Shown here: positions 47,674 to 56,168 of the stretch, one piece after another
How positions within the stretch are numbered: position 1 is the stretch's first letter
Layout of the letters: each line of letters starts with the position of its first letter
Source of the DNA: Planctomycetota bacterium
Lineage (GTDB): Bacteria > Planctomycetota > PLA2 > JAEUHO01
Direction of reading: 5' to 3'
NCBI GenBank assembly: GCA_050248855.1
Contig: JBFWRP010000002.1
Span: 224,001-288,000, forward strand
DNA length: 64,000 nt
Made by a program: the position numbers and the translations under genes
The notes under the pieces: generated by a model
Told to the model about the DNA's origin: nothing
What the model saw: only the letters and a program-made list of their open reading frames with translations
The model's database searches: none

Positions 47674-49146
47674 GTGGGACTCGGCGGGATCGACACCGGC
47701 ATCGTCGTCCTCTACCTCGTCGGCATGCTGGCCATCGGCTGGGTGGTGTCCCGCCGCATCGGCTCGTTCGAGGACTGGTTCCTGGCCGGCCGGCGGATGA
47801 CGACGCCGGTGCTCGTGTGCACGCTCGTCTCCACCTACTACGGCCTCGACGTCACCTTCGGGACCAGCGAGACGGCCTTCTACGAGGGCGTGGCGGCGTT
47901 CTTCGCCTACTCGGCGCCGTTCTACCTGGCCTACCTCGCGATGGCGATGCTCGTGGCTCCACGCTTGCGCCGTCTGCCCGTCGCGTCCTTGCCCGAAGCC
48001 ATGGGCCACTTCTACGGACGCCCGGCCCGTGTTGCCGGGGCCGTCGCGTCGTTCGTCTACAGCGCACCGATCCTCGCCGTGTGGGGCATGGGCCTCGTCG
48101 GCCATGTTGCGTTCGGCTGGGACGTGGTGGCGGGGGCGGCGGCGGGCGCCGCGTTCTCGCTCGTCTACACGATCCTCGGCGGCCTCTGGGCGGACGCGCT
48201 CACCGACACCGTGCAGTTCGTCATCATGTGCGTGTCGGTTGCCGTCGCCGCGCTCGTGGTGTTGCTGCGGTACGGACCGCCCGAGTCCGTGGCGGCCAAC
48301 CTCGAGCCGACGATGCTCGAACCCTTCGGCCAGCTCGGCCTGGTCGAGATCCTCGTGTTCGCCGGCGCGGCGTTGACGCCGCTGGTGGAACCTGCGTTCT
48401 ACCAGCGCACGTTCGCGGCGCGCTCCACGCGAAGCGTGGTGAAGGCGCTGCTCATCGGCATCGTGCTGTGGGTCGCGTACGACTGGCTCGTCGTGTACCT
48501 GGGCCTGACGGGGCAGGCCCTCGTTGCCTCCGGCGAGCTTCCGGCGGACGTCGAGGGCAAGACGTCGCTCTTGCACGTGATCGGCCATGTGCTGCCCGTC
48601 GGTTTCGTGGGCCTCTTCTACGCGGGGTGCCTCGCCGCCGCGATGTCCACGATCGACTCGTACACGCTGATCGCGGCGGGCAACCTCGTGTACGACGCAT
48701 GGCCGGCCCTGGGCGGCCGTCCGCTCTCCGACCGCGCCATGCTGCGCGCGAGCCGCCTGTTCACGATCGTCACCCTCGTGGTCAGCCTGTGGCTGGCCCT
48801 GGCCTACGACCGCGTCCGCGATGCCTGGATCTTCATGGCCACGCTGCTGCTGTCGACGGCCTTGGTGCCCATGATGATGGCGCTGTTCCGAAGCTCCCGG
48901 CCCTCGCGCCGCGGCGGGCAGCTGGCGGCCGTCGTGGGCCTGGGCGCCTCCGTGCTGCTGTTTGCCGCCTTCTTCGCGTTCGGGACGTTCCATCCGGAAG
49001 AGGAAACGCTGACGCTGGGCATCGAGATCGGCGGCTTTGCGCACGTGATGGAGCGGGAGGAGACGCTCCTGCTCACCGTGCCGCTCTCGTTCGCGGCCTA
49101 CGTCGTGGGGGCCCTGCTGGATCGCCGCCGTCGGGAGGTTGCATGA
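47674..49146 (+). CDS. Sodium:solute symporter family protein
   Basis: DWFLAGR, YTILGGLWADALTDTVQF, YQRTFAA, AAAMSTIDS; many TM helices. Confidence 0.93.
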   Translation: MGLGGIDTGIVVLYLVGMLAIGWVVSRRIGSFEDWFLAGRRMTTPVLVCTLVSTYYGLDVTFGTSETAFYEGVAAFFAYSAPFYLAYLAMAMLVAPRLRRLPVASLPEAMGHFYGRPARVAGAVASFVYSAPILAVWGMGLVGHVAFGWDVVAGAAAGAAFSLVYTILGGLWADALTDTVQFVIMCVSVAVAALVVLLRYGPPESVAANLEPTMLEPFGQLGLVEILVFAGAALTPLVEPAFYQRTFAARSTRSVVKALLIGIVLWVAYDWLVVYLGLTGQALVASGELPADVEGKTSLLHVIGHVLPVGFVGLFYAGCLAAAMSTIDSYTLIAAGNLVYDAWPALGGRPLSDRAMLRASRLFTIVTLVVSLWLALAYDRVRDAWIFMATLLLSTALVPMMMALFRSSRPSRRGGQLAAVVGLGASVLLFAAFFAFGTFHPEEETLTLGIEIGGFAHVMEREETLLLTVPLSFAAYVVGALLDRRRREVA

Positions 49147-49247
49147 CGCTTCTCACATGGGCCGCCATCGTCGTCCTGGGCCCCGGCGCCATCGCGCTCT
49201 TCATCTGGTTCCTGCGCGACCTGAAGGAGCTTCTGCGCGAGGAGTAG
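49143..49247 (+). CDS. 34-aa single-TM small protein (probable symporter accessory)
   Basis: MTLLTWAAIVVLGPGAIALFIWFLRDLKELLREE; ATGA overlap with the symporter stop; GGAGG RBS. Confidence 0.7.
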   Translation: MTLLTWAAIVVLGPGAIALFIWFLRDLKELLREE

Positions 49248-49267
49248 TGCGCAGGAGCCGTCGTGCG

Positions 49268-49432
49268 GAGTGCGACGTTCGCCGGCCAGCGTACCGCGAC
49301 ATCTACGTGTCGGCTCGTCATGCCAACGGCAAAGCCCGTACGCGTCTCGCGGCATGGGTGCCAGTCCCTACCACCCCTGCACCCCTCACGGTGCCGCGCC
49401 GCGGCAAGGGTCCTGGAACATCCGGGTTCGCG
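49268..49432. repeat. Mosaic intergenic repeat with empty GTAC site (49338-49341)
   Basis: Modules gtgcgacgttcgccggcc, tcatgccaacggcaaagcccgtac, cccctgcacccctcacgg and ccgcggcaagggtcctg are shared with the 37.9-38.4 kb and 44.86 kb loci. Confidence 0.8.
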
Positions 49433-49436
49433 CAGC

Positions 49437-51188
49437 CTATCCTTCCGAGCGCACCTGCAGCTCGTAGAGGGTGCGGTAGAGACCGCCTTGGCGCAGCAGG
49501 TCCTCGTGGCGGCCGCGCTCGACGATGCGGCCCTTCTGCAACACGAGGATCTGGTCGGCGGTACGGATCGTGCTCAGGCGGTGGGCCACGACCAACGTCG
49601 TGCGGCCTGTGCGCAGCGTGGCGAGGGCTTCCTGGATCCAGTGCTCGGTCTCGGTGTCGATCGAGGACGTGGCCTCGTCGAGCACCAGGATCGCGGGATC
49701 GTGTACGAGGGCGCGGGCGAAGGCAATGAGCTGGCGCTGGCCGACGGAGAGGTTCCCGCCGCGCTCCTCGACGGGCGCGTCCAAGCCGCCGGGCAGCTGC
49801 GCCACCAGCTTGTCCGCGCGGATCGACGCGACGGCGGCCTCCACGCGCTCCCGCGAGATCGCCTCGTCGAAGAGGCGGATGTTGTCGAACACGGAGCCGC
49901 GGAACAGGAAGACGTCCTGCAGCACCAGGGCCACGCGCCGACGCAGCGACGGCAGGTCCAGCTTGCGCACGTCCACGCCGTCCACGGTGACGCGACCCTG
50001 CTGCACGTCGTAGAAGCGGCTGACCAGCCCGAGCAGGCTCGACTTGCCCGCGCCCGTCGGCCCCACGATGGCGGTCGTGGTCCCCGCGGGCACCACCGCG
50101 TCGATCCCGCGCAGGACCGGCGTGTCCGGCTCGTAGGCGAACTCGACGCCCTCGATGGCGATGTCGCCCTTCATCGCATCCAGCTGCACGCCGTCCGCTG
50201 GCGAGACGATCTCGGGCTCTTCGTCGAGGATCTTGAAGACCCGCTCGCCCGCCGCCCCGGCCTGCAGGAGCAAGTTGAGGTTCTCGGAGAGGTTGCGGAT
50301 CGGATCGAAGAAGATCTCGATCAGGAACCAGAACTGCAGGAACTCGCCGAACGAGAGCGTGTGGTGCAACAGCCCGGTGGCGCCGAGCTGCACGACGAGC
50401 GCCACGGCGAGCGACTCGAGCACCTGGACGGCGGGGAAGAAGAAGGCGAAGTTGCGCACGGTCGCCAGATGGGCGCCCCGCAGCCGGTCCACGTGTTCCT
50501 CGTAGCCGCGGACCGCCGCGGCCTCGCGTTGGAACAGTCGCGTGACCGCCAAGCCGTCGATCGACTCGGCCGTGTAGCCGTTCGTGGCGCTGGTCTCGGC
50601 GCGCACACGCCGGAAGGCGCGTCCGCTGCGCACGCTGAACAGCGCCGAGGCGGCCACCAGCAGCGGCAGCGTGGCCAGGAGGCCCAAGGCCAGCTTGGCG
50701 TTGACGACGAGCAACACGACGAGGATCACGACGAGCTTGAGCGCGTCGTGGAAGGCGGCGGCCACGCCCGACGCGAAGAAGCCCTCGATCGCTTCGATGT
50801 CGCCCGTGACGCGCGTCGTGAGCACGCCGACCGGATGGCGGTCGAAGAACCGCAGGCTGTGGCGTTGCAGGTGGTCGAACACGTCCGTACGCAAGCTCAT
50901 GCCGATCTCGCGACCGGCGCGCACGGACAAGACCGTCTGGGCACCGCGGATGACCGCGCCCACGACCAACACGATGACGATCCCCAGGGCGAAGCGGGGC
51001 AGGGCTTCGGGCTGCTGCTCGCGGATGGGGCCGTCGACCAACAAGCGGATCAGGTAGGGGAGGAGCAGGTCGGTGCCCGCGGCCGCGATCATGGCCACGA
51101 GGCTCCACGCCATGAGCCCGCGGTGGCGGGCCACGTAGCCGAGCAGGCGCGGGAGGATGCGGCGGACGGCGGGCGCGCCTTCGCTCAT
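49437..51188 (-). CDS. ABC exporter, TMD+NBD half (heterodimer partner 2)
   Basis: GPTGAGKS, LSVGQRQ, LDEATSSID, AHRLST. Confidence 0.95.
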   Translation of the reverse strand: MSEGAPAVRRILPRLLGYVARHRGLMAWSLVAMIAAAGTDLLLPYLIRLLVDGPIREQQPEALPRFALGIVIVLVVGAVIRGAQTVLSVRAGREIGMSLRTDVFDHLQRHSLRFFDRHPVGVLTTRVTGDIEAIEGFFASGVAAAFHDALKLVVILVVLLVVNAKLALGLLATLPLLVAASALFSVRSGRAFRRVRAETSATNGYTAESIDGLAVTRLFQREAAAVRGYEEHVDRLRGAHLATVRNFAFFFPAVQVLESLAVALVVQLGATGLLHHTLSFGEFLQFWFLIEIFFDPIRNLSENLNLLLQAGAAGERVFKILDEEPEIVSPADGVQLDAMKGDIAIEGVEFAYEPDTPVLRGIDAVVPAGTTTAIVGPTGAGKSSLLGLVSRFYDVQQGRVTVDGVDVRKLDLPSLRRRVALVLQDVFLFRGSVFDNIRLFDEAISRERVEAAVASIRADKLVAQLPGGLDAPVEERGGNLSVGQRQLIAFARALVHDPAILVLDEATSSIDTETEHWIQEALATLRTGRTTLVVAHRLSTIRTADQILVLQKGRIVERGRHEDLLRQGGLYRTLYELQVRSEG

Positions 51189-52951
51189 GAGGCGCCCTCC
51201 ACCCGTGCTTCCAGGCGCTGCCGCTCGTGCGTGCGGGCGTACCAGCCGCCCGCCGCGACGAGCTGGTCATGGGTGCCCGACTCGACCACCCGGCCGTCGT
51301 CGAGGACCAGGATGTGGTCGGCGTGGCGCACGGTGCCCAGGCGGTGTGCCACGACGACGGTGGTCCGGCGGCGCATCTCCACGAGCAGGTGCTCGAGGAT
51401 GCGCGCTTCCGTCTCGGTGTCGACGGCGCTCAGCGTGTCGTCGAGCAGCAGCACGGGCGCCTCGCGCAGGAGCGCCCGGGCCAGCGTCATGCGCTGCTTC
51501 TGACCGCCGGACAGCGTGAGACCGCGCTCGCCGACCAGCGTCTCGAGTCCGTCCGGGAACCCCGCGACGTCCTCGGCAAGCCCGGCCATGCGTAGCGCCT
51601 CCTGCGCCCGCCCGGTGTCGATCTCGCCGCCGGTTGCCAGCGCCAGGTTCTCGCGCAGCGTGGTGGAGAAGAGGAACGCGTCCTGCGGCACGACGGCGAA
51701 CGCCTCACGCAAGGTCGCAAGCGGCAGCCGTCGGACGTCGCGGCCGTCGAGGAACACCGTGCCCGGCGGCGGCGTGCGCTGGCGCGTGAGGAGCGCCAGC
51801 AGCGTGCTCTTGCCGCTGCCGACTGGACCCACGAGGCCGAGCGTGCCGCCCGCCGGCAGCTCGAACGAGACATCGGTCAGCGCGGGCCGGGTCGCACCCT
51901 CGTACGTGAAGGTCAGGTGGCGCGCCGCCAGCGCACCGGCGATGCGCGCCGGCGCGGGGATCGGCTCGTCCAGGGTGGAGGGCTCGACGTCGCGGCCCAG
52001 GAGATCCTCCAGCCGCTGCATCGCGGCGGCGGAGCGCTGGAACGAGCTGACCACCCAGCCGACGCTGATCATGGGCCAGATCAGCATGGCCACGTACGCG
52101 AGGAACGTGACGAGGTCGCCGTAGCCCAGCGAGCCGTCGATGACGCGCCGCCCCCCGGCCCAGAGCACGGCCAGGTTGCCCAGGCCCCCGAGCAGGTAGA
52201 GCAGCCCCGTCATCCACGCCCGCGTACGCGCCAGGGCGAGCGTCTCGGCGACCAGCCCCTCGTTCTCGCGGCGGAACGCGTCCTTCTCGATGGCCTCCGT
52301 GGCGTAGGCGCGGACCACGCGGGCGCCGGCAAAGCTCTCCTGCGCGCGTGCGCTCAAGTCGCCGATGCGGTCCTGCACCGCCCGCGTGCGGCGCATGATG
52401 CTCGGGGCCAGGACGCGCACGACGATGCCGATCGCGACGAGGGGCAGCAGCGTGAGCAGGGTCAGGGCGCCGTCCAGCTGCACCATGCTGGCCAGGGCGA
52501 GCGGTACCAGCACCAGCGTGCTGACGACGTACATGATCCCGGGCCCGAACGAGAACCGCACCGCCTCGATGTCGCTCGTCAGGCGCGAGAGCAGGTCGCC
52601 GGTCCTGAGCCGGTCGAAGGCCGAGGCGGGCAGGTGCTCCACGTGGGCGAAGAGGTCGCGCTTGAGGTTGCGTTCGACGCGCCTCGACGTGCCGACGAGC
52701 AGATAGCGCATCACGTAGGTGAGGCAGCCCGAGCCCACGGTCAGCGCGAGGAACGTCCAGCCCCGGCGGACCGCCTGGCCGAAGAGGCTCTCGTCGCCCG
52801 AGCGCAGCAGGTTGATGGCACCGCCCAGGTAGCGAGGTGCGAGCACCATGAGGGCTCGGCTCGCGATCACGGCCACCATGCCCGCCACGAGGACCCACGC
52901 GTAGCGGCGGAAGTAGGGGGCAAGACGGCGGTAGGAGGTGCGGCGCGCCAC
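51185..52951 (-). CDS. ABC exporter, TMD+NBD half (heterodimer partner 1)
   Basis: GPVGSGKS, LSGGQKQR, degenerate Walker B LLDDTLSAVD; BmrCD/TmrAB-like pair with ATGA coupling. Confidence 0.95.
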   Translation of the reverse strand: MARRTSYRRLAPYFRRYAWVLVAGMVAVIASRALMVLAPRYLGGAINLLRSGDESLFGQAVRRGWTFLALTVGSGCLTYVMRYLLVGTSRRVERNLKRDLFAHVEHLPASAFDRLRTGDLLSRLTSDIEAVRFSFGPGIMYVVSTLVLVPLALASMVQLDGALTLLTLLPLVAIGIVVRVLAPSIMRRTRAVQDRIGDLSARAQESFAGARVVRAYATEAIEKDAFRRENEGLVAETLALARTRAWMTGLLYLLGGLGNLAVLWAGGRRVIDGSLGYGDLVTFLAYVAMLIWPMISVGWVVSSFQRSAAAMQRLEDLLGRDVEPSTLDEPIPAPARIAGALAARHLTFTYEGATRPALTDVSFELPAGGTLGLVGPVGSGKSTLLALLTRQRTPPPGTVFLDGRDVRRLPLATLREAFAVVPQDAFLFSTTLRENLALATGGEIDTGRAQEALRMAGLAEDVAGFPDGLETLVGERGLTLSGGQKQRMTLARALLREAPVLLLDDTLSAVDTETEARILEHLLVEMRRRTTVVVAHRLGTVRHADHILVLDDGRVVESGTHDQLVAAGGWYARTHERQRLEARVEGAS

Positions 52952-53154
52952 GAAGGGGCAGAGCGTACGTGACTGCGTGCGCGCTTCCGCACGCTGGCGC
53001 GCCGCGCGGCCCCGGTGCAGGCCGGCCTACGTGCGGCCTTGCACGTCTGGCGCCGAACCTGCACCCGACGCGTGGACCGGCCAGCTCACTCGAGTCCGTG
53101 CAAGCGCTTGTCTCCCAAGGGCTTGCGAGGCTCCGACGAGGCGCCCGGGCCCTA

Positions 53155-53169
53155 CGGCATGGGGCTTGC
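53155..53169 (+). promoter_or_regulatory. Candidate sigma54 (-24/-12) promoter
   Basis: CGGCATGGGGCTTGC has GG-N10-GC spacing and is close to the TGGCACG-N4-TTGC consensus. Confidence 0.55.
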
Positions 53170-53180
53170 GCCTCCCCCGC

Positions 53181-53317
53181 CCACGAGGTTCGGCGACAAC
53201 GTTCGACCGAGGACAAACCCCAAGTTCCGTAGCCCAACAAAGCCCCATTTCCATGCTGGGCCTCGTGCTTGCGGGCAGGGATGGGTCGTTCGCGACCCAT
53301 CCCTGCTCGTGTTTCTT
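53181..53317 (+). ncRNA. Candidate small RNA
   Basis: Starts 12 nt after the -12 C; 13-bp closing stem 53182-53194/53255-53267; C/A-rich loop; terminator hairpin. Confidence 0.55.
53271..53317 (+). terminator. Intrinsic terminator with UUCG tetraloop
   Basis: 18-bp stem gcgggcagggatgggtcg/cgacccatccctgctcgt (2 G-U pairs), loop TTCG, then GTTTCTT. Confidence 0.75.
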
Positions 53318-53492
53318 CCCTCGCGCGCGGGCCCCACGGCGGCCCTTCCCTGGAGCGACGGGCGGGGAAGGCGCGCGGCCGCCCTGCCGTCGGAGAGGCA
53401 TGGGCCAACGCTGCAGTGAGGCGGGACGCGAGGGGACGGCGCGCACGAGCGGTGGTCGCGGCAGCCCGCGGATCGGTCCACAATCGGCGCCC

Positions 53493-54611
53493 GTGACGAC
53501 CCCTGCTGCTTCCTCCCGCCGGCGTTCCGCCTCGGCGCAAGCTGCCGAGCGCGGCATGGCGCTCCTGGTCGTGCTTCTGCTGGCCGCGGTCCTCATCCCC
53601 TTCGTGTCGGAGTTCGTCTTCCAGACGGATGTCGAGTCGCGGACCGCGCTCAACGTGAAGGAGCAGCTGGCCATCGACAACGCGATCGAGGGGCAGTACC
53701 AGATCGTGGTGGCGCGCCTCGAGTACGACGCGATCGGCAACGAGTACGACAGCTACACGGACCCGTGGAACGCGGACGAGCTCCTGGATCGCGAGGAGCC
53801 GGGCATCCAGGTGCGCTTGCGCACCCGCGTGCTCGACGAGCAGGGCAAGCTGCCGCTGCGCAAGCTGGCGGAGGGCTCGACGGAGGAGCAGGCCATCTGG
53901 AAGGTGCGCCTCATCGAGCTGCTCAAGCGCTTCCGGCGGGACACGCGCTTCGATGCCAGCGGCGTGGCCGAAGAGCTTGCCGACGAGATGGTGCGCTTCT
54001 TCAGGGGCGAGAACCGCGGACAGGTTCCCAAGCCCAGCACCATCAACGGGAGCCCGGTCCTCACGCTGGACGACCTGCACTTCGCCAGCGAGCAGTTCGC
54101 CCGCCTCAAGCTGCTCCAGGACGTGCGCGAGGAGGGGGACATCGGCCATGGCCTGTGGCGCTACGTCACCATCCAAGGCACGGGGCGTGTCAACCTGAAC
54201 ACGGCCGAGAAGGTGGTGCTCGAGAGCATCTTCTCGAAGGACCCCACGATCGCCGAGCGCATCATCGAACGACGCGAGGGTGCAGCCGAGGATGCCGAGG
54301 TCGATCCCGACACGGGCGAGAACCCGGGCAATCCATTCACCGACGTGAACCAGCTGAACGAGATCGAGGGCATCAACCAGCAGGTGCTGCGTGCCAACAA
54401 CGTGGTTCTGGCCCGCGACTTCGACGTCAAGAGCAACATCTTCTCGATGCGCATCTCCGGGACCACGGAGAACACGCGGCGGGAGGAGCTCTTCATCGTC
54501 GAGCGCGTTCCCGGCACCGACCCGAACGGTCCCGTCGAGGGCGTGCGCCATCTGCTCTGCCAGGAGCGCACCGATCGCATCGAAGAAGCGATCGACGAGA
54601 CCGAGGAGTAG
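53493..54611 (+). CDS. gspK: Type II secretion minor pseudopilin GspK-like
   Basis: Prepilin-type ERG|MALLVVLLL, DSYTDPW, DEQGKL, GRVNLNTA, FDVKSNIF. Confidence 0.85.
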   Translation: MTTPAASSRRRSASAQAAERGMALLVVLLLAAVLIPFVSEFVFQTDVESRTALNVKEQLAIDNAIEGQYQIVVARLEYDAIGNEYDSYTDPWNADELLDREEPGIQVRLRTRVLDEQGKLPLRKLAEGSTEEQAIWKVRLIELLKRFRRDTRFDASGVAEELADEMVRFFRGENRGQVPKPSTINGSPVLTLDDLHFASEQFARLKLLQDVREEGDIGHGLWRYVTIQGTGRVNLNTAEKVVLESIFSKDPTIAERIIERREGAAEDAEVDPDTGENPGNPFTDVNQLNEIEGINQQVLRANNVVLARDFDVKSNIFSMRISGTTENTRREELFIVERVPGTDPNGPVEGVRHLLCQERTDRIEEAIDETEE

Positions 54612-54628
54612 GCGCCCGGGCACGGGCG

Positions 54629-54726
54629 GTACGGAGTCGGGTGAGATTCCAACCTCAGGCCGCAGCGGGCTCCCGCATGCGGAAGCGCTCCCCAGCCTGA
54701 GGTTGGAATCTCACCCGACTCCGTAC
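54629..54726. mobile_element. 98-bp palindromic MITE-like element, copy B
   Basis: Perfect 32-bp inverted arms bounded by GTAC; followed by additional ccGTACat units. Confidence 0.85.
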
Positions 54727-54764
54727 ATCGAGTCCGTACATCCGTACATGCGTATGTGGGATGG

Positions 54765-56168
54765 TCAGTCGAGCCGGACGATGACGATCACCTCGCGGCC
54801 GCCCGGCGGCGCCCGGTACACGAGCACCACGTCGTCGTGGCCGTCCCCGTCCAGGTCGCCCGCGTAGGCGGGCACGTCGGGGCTGTCTCCGCGTGGCGGG
54901 ATCGACACGGCCTGCCCCTCGGTGGTCCACACGCCCGCCGCGCTGCCGCGGTGCCAACGCAGCACCGCGTCACCCTCGCGGCAGAGCAGGTCCACGTGGC
55001 CGTCGCCGTCGCCGTCGGCGTCGACCACCAACGTCAGCGCCCGCTCGACCTCGATCGTCCCGGCGTACGTGAACCGGATGTTGACCTCGACGTCGCTCGG
55101 GACGACCCCGTCGGGCTCGGCCGGGAAGGCGCTCGGGCCTCCGGGCGCCCGTTGCAGGTAGGCGTTGTGCCACGCGGTCACGCGCCCCGCCGTGATCGTG
55201 CGGAGGATGTTGGAGCCGTGGATCGGGATCGTGGTGATCACGACGTCCAGCCGCCCATCGCGGTTGACGTCCACCCACTCCGGGTCCAGCTGGAAGCCGG
55301 CCAAGCGGAAGCCGCCCAACGTCTCGAGCGCCGTCTTGCCGTCGCGCACCACGGGCCGTGCCAAGGCGTAGTGGCTCTCCTGGTTCGTGCCCGCCCGCTC
55401 GATGACCTCGGGACGCCTGTCGCCATCGAGATCGCGCAACGTCCGGATCGTGCCGATGGGCAGCGGCCCCAGGTCCCAGCTCCACGGCTGGCCGCTCGGC
55501 GAGCGCGCTTCGAGCGTCGTGCCCTCGATCCAGTACAGCGCAGCCCCGTCGGCATCGCCCGGGGTGCGGCCCAGGAAGGGTGTGGACCACGCGGTCGTGA
55601 GGGTCAGGCGGTCCTCGAGGAACGGGCCGGCCGGCGCCACGCGTCGGGCCGGGCGCGCGGACACGAACCACGGCTCGGAGCCGGGTCGCTCCACGCGCCA
55701 GCCGCTTGGCGTCGGCAGCAGGAGACCGACTTCGGGAAGCGACAAGTCGGCCAGCAACGCGCCCGCCTGGCTGCTCCACGTGAGGGCGCTTGCCCCCTCG
55801 ACGGGGCGCGGTGTGGGGTCGTCCCAGCCGTGCCGGCGCGCGCCGGTCGTGCCCAGCGTCACGTAGCCCGCGGGCGATGCACCTGCCTCGAGCGCCACGA
55901 AGGCGACGCCCTCGTCCAGCGTGTGCCGCCACGTCGGCGTCGGCACGGGCCCCCCCTCGTGCCGCCCGCGCCAGACGCTCAGCGTGCGCTTCGCGTCGAG
56001 CGTGACCAAGTCGTCCACGCCGTCGCCGTCGGCGTCCTCGACGCGCAGGGCCACGAGCGGAGCGTCGAGCTCGACGCGAAACGCTGCCCTCTCTTCGGCC
56101 CGCGCGGGACGCGCCGCGAGCGCCAGGGCGAGGGTGACCCACGACCAGCCTCGGCGGCGGCGCGTCAT
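54765..56168 (-). CDS. Exported FG-GAP/VCBS repeat protein
   Basis: Signal peptide; DADGDGVDDL, DLDGDRRPE, DVNRDGRLDV, DLDGDGHDDV. Confidence 0.85.
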   Translation of the reverse strand: MTRRRRGWSWVTLALALAARPARAEERAAFRVELDAPLVALRVEDADGDGVDDLVTLDAKRTLSVWRGRHEGGPVPTPTWRHTLDEGVAFVALEAGASPAGYVTLGTTGARRHGWDDPTPRPVEGASALTWSSQAGALLADLSLPEVGLLLPTPSGWRVERPGSEPWFVSARPARRVAPAGPFLEDRLTLTTAWSTPFLGRTPGDADGAALYWIEGTTLEARSPSGQPWSWDLGPLPIGTIRTLRDLDGDRRPEVIERAGTNQESHYALARPVVRDGKTALETLGGFRLAGFQLDPEWVDVNRDGRLDVVITTIPIHGSNILRTITAGRVTAWHNAYLQRAPGGPSAFPAEPDGVVPSDVEVNIRFTYAGTIEVERALTLVVDADGDGDGHVDLLCREGDAVLRWHRGSAAGVWTTEGQAVSIPPRGDSPDVPAYAGDLDGDGHDDVVLVYRAPPGGREVIVIVRLD

